Below, in pieces: positions 1-16,740 of a stretch of 64,000 bases of DNA. Every line of letters begins with the position of its first letter. Position 1 is the first letter of the stretch. The DNA comes from the human T2T-CHM13v2.0 reference genome, Homo sapiens. Where the stretch lies: NCBI RefSeq assembly GCF_009914755.1, contig NC_060927.1; one strand, written 5' to 3'. Made by a program: the position numbers and the translations under genes. The notes under the pieces were generated by a model. That model was given only the letters and a program-made list of their open reading frames with translations, searched no databases and was not told the origin of the DNA.

Positions 1-1719
1 TTGTGACCACTGGGGATGCTATGCAAGAGAGTGTTGTTATGAAGGAAGTGTATGAGGTAATTTAAGTGTATTTGGCTGAAATTGACCAAAATGGGGAAAT
101 ACTAAAGACAAAGAGTCCAATCATAGAATTAATTGGAATTATTTAGAAGGAAGATAATGATGGTGCGAGATGCTTATAGAAGCAATTGGAGGAAACACAT
201 CACAGAGTGGAATGTTGTGGAGAGACAAGAGTAGGAAGCCAAAGAAAATTCTCTGGGATTTTCCATGAGGATCAAGAGCATTAATTAACAAACTGATAAG
301 GAAGGGAGTGATAGGAAGGATAGGTGAGTAGGAAACTAAGAGAGTAGAAATGTTCAAAAAGAAACTGACAAGGCCCTTCATGTCTCCTATTTAGCTCTTA
401 GACTTTCTCTTTCACCACTTCATACTTCACATACTTTGTTCCATAAAACCCCCCAAGGCACAGGATTTAGGAGGGAATGTTATTCCCTTTCCCCTAAAGT
501 TGGGTTCTTTCCTCCACAAAATAGATAGATTGTTGATCCTAATCTCAGCCCCAACTTGATCCCTAGAACAGGCACCTTTATGCACTTTACAAACTACAGA
601 TTATCTTTAGTCATCATGAATGACCCAAATATGGGATAGAGCAGAAATTGCAATGCTACTTTTGTGTAACAGACTTTTGTATCACAATTAATTATTAACT
701 TCTGACCTTTCATCTGACCTTGGCTAAATTCATGTCTCGTATAGAAGTAGATTAGTTCCCATAAAGAAAGACTGAATTACACAAGGCTTCTCTTCCAAGG
801 AAGGTGGACTCAATGCCTCAAAATTTAATTTTATTATACATTATGTTAATATATTATATAAATTAGTTAATAGCACTTATTTATTCAATAGTATATATCA
901 TTCTAGAATTAATATTTTGCAGATTTTCCTTATTTTTGTAATTTATTTTACCTGTTTAAAAAATAGTATTTGTTAAAAATTCAATATTTTGTCTCATTAA
1001 TGTGAATTAATAATGCAATTCTTTCCAGAAAGTGTTCATTCCATACATCCTTAATATAGCCTTCTCCAGGTTGATGAAGACAATTTTTGTGCTTTGCATA
1101 TACTATGTTCTTTAATTCATTTACAAAGAAATATTTAGTGAGCCCCTACCATGTGCCAGGTACCCTGCCATCCATCATACAGAGCAAAGATGTTTAAGAC
1201 ACAGCTTCCATCCTGAAGAGGTTTATAAGCCAGTGCATGGATGGTCACAAGTAACTAGCACCGAGCTTCACGCTATATTTGCAAAAGCAGAGTCCCTAAC
1301 TCTGCCATCGATTTCTTCTATATTTCATAATTGAGGGTTGTAGCTACTGCTAAACTGCTATGCATTTTTTCATGGTGCTGCTGTAAGAAATTTTAAACTA
1401 ACCTAAAGCATTTTAAAAGAATTTCAATGGATTCCTTCACTGGGCTACTTTAAGGGAGTTGAAAGACACTCAAAAGTAAGCATATAAAGTAACAAATTAA
1501 TTTTAAAAAGATCAGTTGTAAAATGTATGCATTCAAGTGAATGATGTCCATAAAGGAACTAAACTGTACGAGGTTGCATCCAGAGTTCAGCCATGCTGCT
1601 ATTGCAATAACCCTCTTTTGAAATTTCTCCTTCCCAGTAACTTTAAGGGTCAATTTATGAGCAACAAAAGAAACTCCACATTATTTCTTATAATTAAAGG
1701 GCACTCTTCTTTGATCCAA

Positions 1720-3825
1720 ATATATTTTTATTGTGGTAAAATACATATAACATAAAAGTTACCAATTTAATCATTTAAAATGTACAATTAAATGGCATGT
1801 AAGATACTCACAATGTTTTGCAAACGTGACTACGATCTAGATTCAGAACATATTTATCACCCCAAAAGGAAGCCCTCTACCTATTTAGTAGTCATGTCAC
1901 ATTCTTTATTTCCTCAGCCCCTGGCAACCACCAAGCTACTTTCTGTCTCTATGGATTTGCCTATTTTGGATATTTCATATAATCAGAATCACATTGTATG
2001 TAACCTTTTTCTTCTTTTACTTAGCGTAATGCTTCTGAGGTTCATCAATGTTGTAGCATACATTAGTACTTCATTCCTTTTCATGACTGAATAATATTCC
2101 GTGTGTGGATAAACTACATTTCCTTTATCCATTCATCAGCTGAACATTTAGGTTGTTTCTACCTTTTGGCTATTGTGAATAGTGCTGTGATAAACATTCA
2201 GGAACAAGGTTTTGTGTGAACATATATTTTAATTTCATTTGAGTATTTACCTAGGAATAGAATTACTGGGTACTGTGACAAGTAAGTTTTATCTTTTGAT
2301 TTTGAGGAACTGTTAGACCACTTTCTAAAGTGACTGCACCATTTTACATTCTCCTCAGCAATGGATAGGGTTTCTATTTCTTCACATCCTTGCTAACACT
2401 TATTATTTTCTGTGTTTTTTTTTTTATTCTAGTCATTCGATGGGTGTGAAGTGGGTTTTCACTGTGACTTTGATTTGCATTTCTCCAGTAACTAATGACA
2501 TTGAGCATTTTTTTCATATGTTTATTGGCCATTTGTATATTTTCTTTGATGAAATGTCTATTCAAGTCCTTTGCTCATTTTAAAATTAGGTTGCCAGTCT
2601 ATTTGTTGTTGAATTTTAGTATCTTTTGATGCACAGAAGTGTTTAATTTTTATGAAGTCCAATTTATCTATTTTTGGTGTTATTGTTGATTATGCTTTTG
2701 TAATCATAGCTAAGAAAACACTGCTAAATCCAAGATCAGAAACATTTATCCCTATGTTTTCTCCTAAGAAATCAGAGTTTTATTGTTTTATATAATGCAG
2801 TTTTTATAGTTTTAGCTCTTCTACTTAAATGTCTGACTTATTTTGATTGCTTAAAATATGGAGTGAGATGAGGGTTCAAATTAATTCTTTTACATATGAA
2901 TATCCAATTATCCTGGCACCATTTATTGAGACTATTCTTTCCCCACTGAATAATCTTGGTACCCTTATCAAAAATCAATTGACTACGGATGTATGGAGTT
3001 TATTCTGGACTCTCAATTCTATTTACATTGATCTCTTTGTCTATCCATGACAATACTATTCTTTTTTTTTTTTTTAACTGTCATTTTGTAGTAAGTTTTG
3101 AAATAGGGAAGTCTTAGCTTCAGTTTTGTTCTTTTTCAAGATTGTTTTGGCAATTCTGGGTCTGTTGCAACTCAATGTGAATTTTAGGATCAGCTTTTTT
3201 ATTTCTGCAATAGCAACAAAAAGCTGTTAGGATTTTAGTGGAACTGCATTGAATCTGTAGATCACCTTGGGGAATATTGCTATCTTTACAATATTACATC
3301 TTTCAGTCCATGAATACAGAATGTCTTTGCATTTATTTACATATTCTTGAATTTCTTTCAGCCATGCTTTCTTTGTTCAGTGTACAACTCTTATACCTCT
3401 TTGGTTAAATTTGTACTTAAATATTTTATTCATTTTGATGCTATTGTAAATGGAACTGTTTCCTTAATTTTCTTTGTGGATTGTTTATTGCTAGTGTATA
3501 GAAATATCACTGATTTTTGTGTGTTGATCCTGTATCATGTGGAATTGCTAAATTCATGTATTAGCTTTAATAGTTTTAAACAAATTTTTAAGAATTTTTC
3601 TACACATAAGTTCATGCCATCTGTGAATAAAGTTTTACTTCTTTTTTTCTAAGTTAGATATCTTTTATTTCTTGTTCTTGCCTGTTTGCTCTGGCTAGAA
3701 TTTTCAGTTTAATGTTAAATGGAAATGGCAAAAGCAAGGATCCATGTCTTGTTCCTGTTCTTAGGGGGAAAGCTCTAAGCCTTTCACCATTGAATATGAT
3801 GTTGGCTATAAAATTTTTATAAACC
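1720..3825 (-). mobile_element. Old L1 (L1MB/MC-like) 3' fragment in BTLA intron 2
   Basis: L1 3'UTR/ORF2-end motifs on the minus strand; ORF 2374-2565 resembles the ORF2 C-terminus (MNRHF..ENIQMANKHMK). Boundaries approximate. Confidence 0.8.
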
Positions 3826-4509
3826 AAGTATTTTTTACTCTTACCTACTCCCCCCCTATGTATTTTTTCATGTTTTATTCAGCTTGGTTTCCCCAAGCTT
3901 AACTTCTATCTGTCCTTCCTCAGTTGTCAAAGCATATTAAAGGCCTCTTTCGGGGAACAGGGAAGAGAGATGAAGCTCTGAATATTCCCAGAAAATCACT
4001 AGGAAGTCAGTTAGTTGTTTGCTGTTTTTCCTCTAAACAAACTGTGAACTATTAAGAAGTGTTTAATTGCCTAAGCACCACAAACATAACTTCAAGAAAT
4101 TGTAATGAACAAAAGTAAAGAAGAGAAAAATGGGAAAAAGAGAAAAAAAAAACAACAAAGAAGGACAAGCAATCACAGAGCTATTCGCAACTATAGGTAT
4201 TCACTTTATAATTTTTTCAATATTTCAGTGGTCTACTTTTGGACTTATCAAATAAATTTTATAATCCCTAAAGTCAAAAACAATAACTTTTACTATCTAT
4301 TTCTCTACTCTCCTCTATCTCACTCACCTCAAACGCACACATACACACACATATGTACACACTGGCACATAACAATCTGTGAGGTGTAGCAGATTTCAGA
4401 TGTGCTATAGGAGTTGGCTTTCTAACATAATCACTTGAGAAACTGAACCCCCCTCTTCCTGGAAACATTATAAGAAAAATATCAGATGGTCTAGGTGTTG
4501 AGAACTCAC

Positions 4510-4824
4510 CTGTCACATAAAGAGTTGTTGAGTGGCTTTCAATGAGATTAGACTGAAAATTTGCAGAACAGCGGTATGACCCATTGTCATTAGGAAGCAC
4601 TGGTTCAAAATGTAGAATGAAAAATGAAATGTTCTTCTCTTCCTTCCAACTTGTTTGTCTATCTTCAAGTTTTACACATGTTGTTCCATTGAGCTTGCAC
4701 CAAGTCACATGAGGCCTGTTAGCACAGTATTTCACAGGGCATTCTAGTTCAAAGGGATCTCCTGCTAAGATGGAGTGTTCAGATTGTCTCTTTATATAAA
4801 GCTGTACATCACATGATTCTTTCC
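4510..4824 (-). CDS. BTLA: BTLA coding exon 2, Ig-like ectodomain (315 bp, phase 1-1)
   Basis: Minus strand ttttag|GG AAA GAA TCA...TAT GTG ACA G|gtgagt; translates (G)KESCDVQLYIKRQSEHSILAGDPFELECPVKYCANRPHVTWC...YRCSANFQSNLIESHSTTLYVT, which is the BTLA ectodomain. Later exons lie outside the window. Confidence 0.98.
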
Positions 4825-5034
4825 CTAAAAGATAAAAACAAAACTAAAATCAAATATGTTCTTCTGGAAGTACCATATATATGTGACTTCAATAGTTCTC
4901 AAGCATTATTTGGTAATTTTCAAAAACAACCCCCCAATTTCTAGTAATTAAGCCTTACTAGCAGAATGTCTCATACATATTAGGCATATAATAAATATGT
5001 TTAAAAAATGAAATAAATCATTTAATCCTCTGTC

Positions 5035-5464
5035 TGTCAGGCCTTTGAGCCCAAGCTAAGCCATCATATACCCTGTGACCTGCACGTATACATCCAGATG
5101 GCCTGAAGCAACTGAAGATCCACAAAAGAAGTGAAAATAGCCTTAACTGATGACATTCCACCATTGTGATTTGTTTCTTCCCCACCCTAACTGATCAATG
5201 TACTTTGTAATCTCCCCCACCCTTAAGAAGTTTCTTTGTAATTCTCCCCACCCTTGAGAATGTATTTTGTGAGATCCACCCCCTGCCCCCAAAACATTGC
5301 TCTTAACTCCACTGCCTATCCCAAAACCTATAAGTACTAATGATAATCTCACCATCATTTGCTGACTCTCTTTTTGGACTCAGCCCGCCTGCAAGGTGAA
5401 ATAAACAGCCTTGTTGCTCACACAAAGCCTGTTTGGTGGTCTCTACACACGGACACATGAGACA
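5035..5464 (+). mobile_element. Solo HERV-H LTR (LTR7 family)
   Basis: Starts TGTCAGGCC..GAGCCCAAGCTAAGCCATCAT, has AATAAA near 5400, ends ...GAGACA; 5-bp TSD CTGTC at 5030-5034 and 5465-5469. Confidence 0.92.
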
Positions 5465-5465
5465 C

Positions 5466-7110
5466 TGTCTTAGTCTGTTTTCTGCTAGTATAACAGAATA
5501 CCTGAGATTGGATAATTTTTGAATCACAGAAGTTTTATTTGGCTCATGGCTCTGTAGGCTGGGAAGTCCAAGAGCATGGTGCCAGCATCTAGCAAAGGCC
5601 TTTGTGCTGCATTATCTCATGGCAGAAAGCAGAAAGTGGAAGGGAGCACACAAGACAGAGAAAAATGGGGGCCAAAATTTATCCTTTTATCAGGTGCCTA
5701 CTCCCGTGATAACGAATCCATTCCTACAATAAGGGCATTAATACATTCATAACCTCTGATCTCTTAAAGGTTCCACCTCACAAAACTGTTACAATAGCAA
5801 TAAAATTTCAACATGAATTTTGGAGGGGGCATTCAAACCATAGCATTCTGCCCCTGGTCCCCCAAAACTCATGTTCTTTTCACATACAAAATACATTCAT
5901 TCCATCTCAATAGCCCCAAAAGTTTTAATTTATTGCAGAATCAATTCAAAACACTAAATTCAGAGTCTTATCTAAACCAGATATGGGTAAGATTCAAGGC
6001 ACGATTCATTATGAAGCAAATTCCCTCCAACTATGATCATGTAAATCAAAACAAGTTATCTACTTCCAAAATATAGTGGTAGGACAGATATAAGATAGAT
6101 ATTCCCATTCCAAAAGGGAGAAATAGGCAAAAATGAGAAAGTAACAGTTCCTAAGTAAGTCCAAAACCCAACAGAGAAATAAAATGGCATTGCTGGGCTT
6201 GGTTGATGCTTCAGCACTCACAAGTTGGAGACTCCTACCTGCAGCTCTCCCAGGCTAATGCTTCAGGCTAATAGCTCCACAGTTCTGGGGTCTCAGTGGC
6301 AGTCCACTCCCATGGCTCTACTAGGCACTGACATGGGAGTGGACTCTTCCTGGGCCCTCAGGCTGTCCACAACATCCTTTGAAATCTACATGGAGGAAGT
6401 TGTGTTCCACACCTCTTGCATTCTGCTAGCCTGCACACTTAGCAAGTGGGTGCCACCAAGGCTTACCAATTGCACCTTATGGAGTGGTGGGTTGAACTGC
6501 ACCTGGGCTCACTTGAGCCATGGCTGGAGCAGCTAAGGAGCACTGTGCTGGAATTCAGAGAACAGAAACCTGAGGCAGATCTGGGCAGCAAGCCTGTAAA
6601 GGGCATTCTAGTTTCCCCTGAAATCAATTTGCCCTCTGAGCTCTGAGCCTATGATGGGAGGGGCAGCCTCAAAGGCTTTGAAATGCCTTCAGGGCCTTTT
6701 TCTCAACTTCTTGAATAGTACTTCACTCCCTTCTATCCATATTAATCTCTTTAACAATGGTCACTAGGCCACACCCTTAGTATTTTCTCCCATTCATGCC
6801 TTTTCACTTTTTATATGGCTAGGCAGTGAATTTTCCAAATCTTTCTATTCTGCTTCTCTTTTAATTATAAATTCCATTTTTAAGTCATTTTTTTCCCTCC
6901 TGCCTCTTACTGTATGCAGTTAAAAGTAGCCACACAGCAGCCTAAATGCTTTGCGGCTTAGATATTTCTTCCACCAGATATCCTGAATTATTGCTCTTAA
7001 TTTCTGCTTTCCGTAAAGTCCTAAGACATAGATACATTTCCACCAAGTTCTTAGCAACTGTATGACAAGAATGGCCTTTACTCCAGTTTCCAATGGCTTG
7101 TTTCTCATTT
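5466..7110 (-). mobile_element. MaLR MST-type LTR (~5466-5845) plus MST internal sequence
   Basis: tgtcttagtctgttt...caaaccatagca LTR termini followed by typical MaLR-int sequence. Confidence 0.75.
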
Positions 7111-8161
7111 CCTTTTAGTTATGCACTTGGTGTTGATTTGTATTTTTTTATTTTCCAGTAAAGTTAAGGCTAAGCACGTGATCCTAAAAGTATTTTCTTT
7201 TAAATTATTTTTTTCTCCACTCTTACAGTTCTTTCTTAGCCTTTCTTTCTATGTTTTGAACTACCGTCTCTCTTAGCAATGTCTAGTTCATCTCCTTCAT
7301 TTATTTATTTCACTCATTTTCATGCATTCTTCTGAATAGATGTACAGTATCATACATTAGAATGACATAAGTGTAACAGAGATGATAGCCAAAACTCTCT
7401 TTTAAATACAAAGACAGCTAAAGGCCTTGCCTGTGATCACACAGCTTGTCAGATGTTGAACCAAGGAGCAAATTTTGACCCTGAGTTTCTCATACATGTC
7501 TATCCAGAACAAGGTTTCACCTTATTTCTACACCCTTGCCAGCATAAATATTCTCATTTTATCTATTTCCTCACACCTAATACACCTTTCACTCACATCC
7601 TACTTAAAAACCCTTCCTGCTCACATCTCATGAATCTCTGCTCAGAATAATAGAAACCTGATTGAGTTTCCAGGAATCAGAGTGAGAAAAAGGACCTGCA
7701 GACAACTTTTAGAACCTCTTAATATTTATTTATTTATAATTGCTTTGAGACCTCAAGCAAGTTCACTTTAAGACTTCTTAATTCAGTTGCTTCCAAAAGT
7801 TTAGAACTAAAATGAAACCAAACTGAAAGGTAAGTTATAAGGATGAGGTTTTCAAAAAAATGAAGAGAAAGGGTAAAATATTTTACCAAAAGGAAGTGTA
7901 CCTGAATGTGGTTAGACTTAGGACAAAAAAAGTAAGAAGGCCAGAGGCAGAAAGGTCAAGTGAAACTCTTGTTTCCAGAAGTCCGTTCCTCTCCCTGAAG
8001 TTAATAGACTCCCTCAGCCTCCTAACTTCCCTTTTCATTTTCTTGGATAAGTCAATAATGGTTTATGGAGCCTCTAAGTCTGTGCTAGAATTATAAAAAA
8101 CAATGAGATGGTTATAGACAAAGATCTTTTACCCTCAGAGAGTTTACCATTTAATTGGTAA

Positions 8162-8501
<340 letters not shown>

Positions 8502-8639
8502 AGAATCAATTTACCTTCTAGACACTTTTCTAGAATCAATTTACTATATACCAGTCTTTATTTCTTTCAGTTTACTGAGCTGAAAGCAAGCCTTGAGGGA
8601 CGTTGCATGCTGGTTGTTAGGAAGCCTAGGAATAAATCA

Positions 8640-9069
<430 letters not shown>

Positions 9070-10089
9070 TTAACTTCAGCCGGGGCAAAGCTTCATGGAA
9101 AGGCTATACTTGAGCTGAACCTTGGTGAATGAGTAGCCCTTTGGCAATCAGAGCAGTGCATGGGACAGAGGAGGTATTTTAAGAGTGAGGAAATGGAACG
9201 GAAAAGTCTTAGGGACCAGGAATCTCATGATAGATTTAGATCATTGATACACAACTGGATCATGGTTTTCTGACTTAGTGATATGGAGACCACTGGTTGT
9301 TTCAGAACAAATGGAATAAGCATTAGGCAGGAGTTTAAACTTTGCTTATCCACCATGAGAAAATACAATGCCTAATTTTGGGGGGATATTTATAAAGGGC
9401 ACGGAAATAGCTACAAATGAGACTATTCATTTGAACATGTCTGTTTCAAATGCTAACACATTGAGCGAATTTGATAGTCCCCCAGTTTTGCTGGTCCTCA
9501 GTTTCTTCAAAATAAGATGAAAGGATTGAACTGTAAAAGTAGGAAAGTTCTAACTCACCATCCCCTGACCACACAAACACACACAACTTCACCTTCCTTA
9601 ATGTGTGACTGAAACTACGAAACCACTTCTAGCCTGCAATTTCTATTCCTATCACAATATATTACCTTTCTATTTAGCCATAGGGCTATCACTTGATGTT
9701 AGTGGCACAATTAGACATCACTTCAAGTTCTGTCTTTTGTGACTGTATGCTCCGGAGCAGTGCGCAAAGTGGGTTAGGGGTGGAGAAAAGAGCTAGCTTT
9801 TTGTGTTGGTGGCATCACTGATTCACAATAGGATTATGGAAACATTGCAGTTCCTAAATATTCTTATCAGCAGGATAATGATCATTGACAACCACACTGA
9901 CTGGCACAGGAATTTTTCTTGAATGGAGGAATGAACCGATGATGAATGTAGGCTTGCAAGCAGGCATTAGAAATCAAGAGTACTCCCTCTGTGCACAAAC
10001 AAGGTATTATAATACCTCCTATCTCTCAGAGGCTAACACTGATGTTTGTAGTGTAAAAATGACACACTGAGACAAATAGCACAATTCTA

Positions 10090-10414
<325 letters not shown>

Positions 10415-10611
10415 TAATTGTCCATCTGACAAGCTTGTTAACACCCCTTTTCTGCCTGTTCTGAATTATGCATATCCATCTTATGATACTTAGGACACAC
10501 AAAGCTATCCCCCAAAAGTTTGTCTTATCAAATAAATATTTCCCGAAGAGGAATAACTATCACAGTTGCTTTTGGCTGTTACTCAACTTCCAATTATCAG
10601 TTATTTGATTT

Positions 10612-10752
10612 CATTTTTTATTTATGTATTTTTTGAGACGGAGTTTTGCTCTTGTTGCCCAGGCTGGAGTGCAATGGAGCGATCTCGGTTCACTGCAACC
10701 TCCATCCCCGGGTTCAAGCGATTCTCCTGCCTCAGCCTCCCAAGTAGCCGGA
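10612..10752 (-). mobile_element. Truncated Alu (right arm)
   Basis: Alu right-arm sequence that stops after CAAGTAGCCGG. Confidence 0.85.
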
Positions 10753-10884
10753 ACCATCAGTTATTTTTATTCCTGCTCTTATTATCTCTGCTGTTTTTCT
10801 CAAGCATTCATATCTGATGACAGGAAATTTTCAATGCTAAAAATGATTAAAATAAATACATGCAGTAAAAGAATAAAAACTTCT

Positions 10885-11260
<376 letters not shown>

Positions 11261-12343
11261 TTAGAAATTCTTTCATGTTTAAAATTTTTATCAAAACCAC
11301 TAGTGGTATATATATTCCACGATCAGGTGGTACCGATGATATTTTATTTTAGGTCTAGAGTACATCATTTGAGCAACCCCTTTCTCTATACATAAAAATA
11401 TTTTCAGAAATAATCATGAGATAAAACAAGTAATAAAATGGCCAGAAAAGAAATATAGACAATGAATATTTTCTTGTGCTGAACTTCATGTATAAAACCA
11501 TACAAATGAAAAAATGTTTTAAAAAAATTAAAATACAAAAAAAGAAAAATGCACAGGTATTTATTCAATCATTTTTATATCCACCTAAACAGTATGAACT
11601 TTGATTCTTTAGTTATAGTCTGATATAATAGTTTATGTAAATAGTTGTCCAATAACTAATAAATGGATTGTATTAAAACTGAAATTCTGCAAAGATACAA
11701 TTTAGGTAACTACTAAATTGTAACACTAAAGTTTTATTTTCTAAAGTTAGTTTTAAAACAACATTAAAAAAATTTCAATTGTAAAAATATTAATCAATCT
11801 AACATTTTATGCATGAAATAAAGTTGCCAAGCCGAAGATTTTATATATCACAGTTTGTATCCTTTTCTCTGTTTTAAATTTTAAACACAAATAAAAATTC
11901 AAGAAGTTTGCACCAAATGACAAAAATGAAACAGCTCCTGTTCTGCTTCTTTGTCTCAGCATTCTCTGTGGTATTATTGTTTATTTAAAATTGAATGTTG
12001 AAAGGCTGGAGTATGTAGTACCACAGAGATGAGGACACAAAGTGTCCTTGGAGGAAACTGGAGTGATCCTGGACTTTATAAATTTGCTATCAAAATGAAC
12101 ACAAGTAGCTGAATGGTATATGTCCAAGGCCAGCTGTATAACTGGGAAGTTCTCTGAGTTAACTTGCAAGTAGAATGCAATGTTTGTCAAATGATATATA
12201 CTACAAATGTGCTAATTTGAAGTTTACATATATATCATAAAACTCAACAGTAACCATAGTATTTAGAACTTAGACCAAAAATATTTTGAAGGGTAAATAT
12301 TTCACCTCTGACATTGTTCATGTTTGCTAGTATGTGGTGATAA

Positions 12344-12674
<331 letters not shown>

Positions 12675-13269
12675 TTAAATTCAATACAGACAATGGAGCC
12701 ACTTGTTCACACCCAGGAGTCTGGATATCCCACTGTCCTTGACACATTAGTAACGAGACAGTTTCTAGCACAAAGAAGAGGCTGAAAGTCTTACACCACT
12801 TTTCAATTTTGCCATTAGATTTTTGTTGTATTATTTTGGATATGATATAATCTCTCAGAGCTTTCAGATCCCTCAAGAGGAAGACAGTCTTTCTGGCTGG
12901 GTCAATCAGGAAAGGCTTCATGGGGGAAGATAAATCTCTTTCTTCCTCCAAGCCAACCCCCAGGCAAATTTGGTCCTCCTCTCATTATCACAGTATAATA
13001 CCATCATCTACCTAATCACATTAGCCAGAACCTGGGGAGCCATCTTAGTCTCCTTCCTTGTCACCGTCCCATTCCATCAGCCACGAAGTTCAATTGATTC
13101 AGGATGGAAAATGTCTTCCATATTTGTTTCCATGACACTGCCTTAATTTGGATCTCATTCTGTTTCATGTGGATTATTGTCACAGCGTACCAAATGGTCT
13201 TCTACATTCCAAACTTGGCCTTGTTTCCCTCCCTCCACCTCAATTCTCCACATCACTGTCACAGTTTCC

Positions 13270-13966
<697 letters not shown>

Positions 13967-15657
13967 GACATGCATCACTCTTTATAACTACATATGTGTT
14001 CATGTTTCTGTCTTCTATCTAGTCTGCTACTTCCTTGATGGTGTGTTACCTTTCTATGTAGTACTGGTTGCACAGCAGAGACAGCTAAGCCCTTAGAGAG
14101 GTGGGCTAAAAGGCACTGAGGTGAAGAACATATGCAGCTCAACATACCTTACAGTGGTTAAGTTATAACTACCAAAGAAAAGCTAGACTTTACAAGTATT
14201 CAGTTTGAAAAGGCCTGATTTATGTCCACTCAGGGGTGGATATTAAAAATATTTAACAAGTGACACTCCATGGCCATCCAGCTACACAGATCAGCTGATC
14301 AGAAAGGAGTGCCAGCCACAAACAACTGTATAGTCTCGTAACTCCCAGCTGAGCAAGTGTAGTTGCTGAGCTGAAGAGAGTAGGTAATTTTTGAAACCAA
14401 TCAGCCATTTAAAAAAAAAGAGGGTTATGATTATGAATATTTTATAAAATATCATTATTTCTTATTTTTAAATACCATATGTTTTGATTATAACCATTAT
14501 CATGAGGAAAATCTCACCTGAGTTTCACTATGTCTCCATTGAAAAATTCTTACAAATTTATGGAAACTTCAAAGTGGTTGCAACCATTCAAATAAATGAA
14601 TGACTGTAATGAATGCAGATTGCCTTAACTTGAGCTAAGAAAGTGTCAGAGTTTAACATAGAAATTAAACAAATGATTTTTTGAGAAACTAAAATGATTA
14701 CTAACGGTATAATAAACCAATAATTTTCTGTGACATCAACCAGGATTTTAGCTTCTATCAGAAAATACTATCACAGACAAACAACAAGCAAACCAAAACT
14801 TCAGACGCATGCTGGGGAGGCTACAGAAGGAATGAAGTCTTTACACTCAGGAGCAAAAAGGCATCCAGATGGTATGTTCTGCCTTACTTTAGAAGGCTGG
14901 AATGGTAGAGAGGAGGGGAGAGATGATGGCCACCAGGGAAGGGAAATAATCTGTCTCTCAAATCTTCCCTTGAAATTAGAGTTTAGGGATCCCATAAGGC
15001 AGTGGTTTGTACATAGTCAGGGCAAATCCACACACAGCAATAGCAGCCATGGAACCATACTTCAAGGATCTTGGGAGGACATTGACTTGCATACCTTGGG
15101 AAATCACACGGACGACATCAGAAAACCCAGGTAGCATACTTTCCCATCATAAACTAGCTCACATACACTCACAAAATCAGAAATGTGGTGACATGAGGTT
15201 AGGGTGGGGGAGTTCCACCTCATATAGAAAGTATTCATTTAATGTATTATGTAATGTCTATTAAAGGTATTACTTTAACTCTGTGGTAAATAAACCACTC
15301 CATAAGTCAGATATTCTCAGAAGTACTAGGAATACCTGGAGAAAATTAAGTAAGTATGACACACACAAACATATGTTAAAATCAGAGCTTCTTTTGTAAA
15401 AGTGACTATTGTTACTTTAAGGAAAACCCTGTGATTGTTCTCACGAGTACAGTGAAAACTGACTGGCCCTCAGTCCCTTCTGTAAAATGAAAGTTTATTT
15501 ACATATGTCTTTCCTGAAAAACAACACTAAAGATACAGATCATAGACAATACAGATCACAGACAAGGATGTAGTATGCAATAGTAGATTTAACTTATTCT
15601 CTGTGGATATCACCTGATATTGCTCTTTAGACAAGAAGAGCCATTTTCTCCCTGGGT

Positions 15658-15660
<3 letters not shown>

Positions 15661-15693
<33 letters not shown>
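15661..15693. repeat. (CA)n microsatellite
   Basis: About 16 perfect CA units. Confidence 0.97.
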
Positions 15694-15696
<3 letters not shown>

Positions 15697-16399
15697 GTAA
15701 AATTTCCTTCACAAAAATGGAACTGGAAAGTATTAATGCCAAGAATACACAGGGCATAAATCTACATTTATGCCCATTATTTAAAAAAAAAAACAACCAT
15801 GAAACAAGAAAATTGAGAGCATTTTCACAATCATCTTTTATTATTATTTCCTCTTAAAAATCCCCTTCTTATAAAAACATATCTTCTTATATTCATTTAT
15901 GAAATTTTTCTTTAAGTTTACTTTCATATGGTATTAGCACACTTTAAAGCAATTTCTTCTACAGTTAGAATTTCTCATTGTTAGTGTAGTATGACTATTT
16001 GGCAAGTAAATTTGAAGACTGATCTCTTCAATGCAGTTGTATTGAGCCACTGAAGACTTTAAGCTCTGTATCTCTTGATTTTATCATGTTTGAAATAATT
16101 CTGAACTTGTTTTGTCTAAAATCAGTCATTCTAGTATTTGTCATTGCTTTTTCCGACATTTAGCAAAGCTTACAAAGTCCCCATGTCATTTCCTCTCCTT
16201 GAGATATTTAAGAGTAGAACAAGAAGAGAACCTTAGAGGTCATGAGGTCAGATGCCCAATGGAAAGTTTAAGTTACATTTAGGAGATCACCTCTAGAATC
16301 ACTGCTACACATTCTTTGCCACTTGCCCACAGGTACACTCCACCTCACATTATCTATATACTGTAGACCCAACCTAGATCCATCTTAACACGAGGAAAA

Positions 16400-16740
16400 A
16401 AAGAATATGACTAATATTTTCAAAGTTCTTATTATGAGGTAGGCACTTTTAGATACCAAACATGTATTGTTTCATTTGACCCTCACAATGATTTTATGAG
16501 GGAATTACTATTATGGCCTTTATTTTTTTAAGTTGAGGAAACTGGGTATTAGAGAATATAAGCCACTTGCCCAAGATCACCAGCTGGTAGGAGGAAGAGT
16601 CAAGGCTAGGACTTTAACCCAGGTGTGGCTAACTCCAAAGCACAAGCTCTTATCCAGTAGGGTTGTTGTGAAAGCAAATGAGAACATATAGGAAATATTC
16701 TTAGCACTATGCTTGGCACATAACAACAACATAAAGTACC
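16400..16740. mobile_element. MIR fragments
   Basis: MIR core motifs (ttgaggaaactggg...acttgcccaagatcac; cttagcactatgcttggcaca). Similar MIRs at ~20100-20315, ~22260-22470 and ~44740-44920. Confidence 0.7.

Noticed and set aside
14730-15264. 134-aa and overlapping ORFs antisense to BTLA
   Set aside because: GTG/TTG starts, no recognisable domain and no exon support; consistent with chance.
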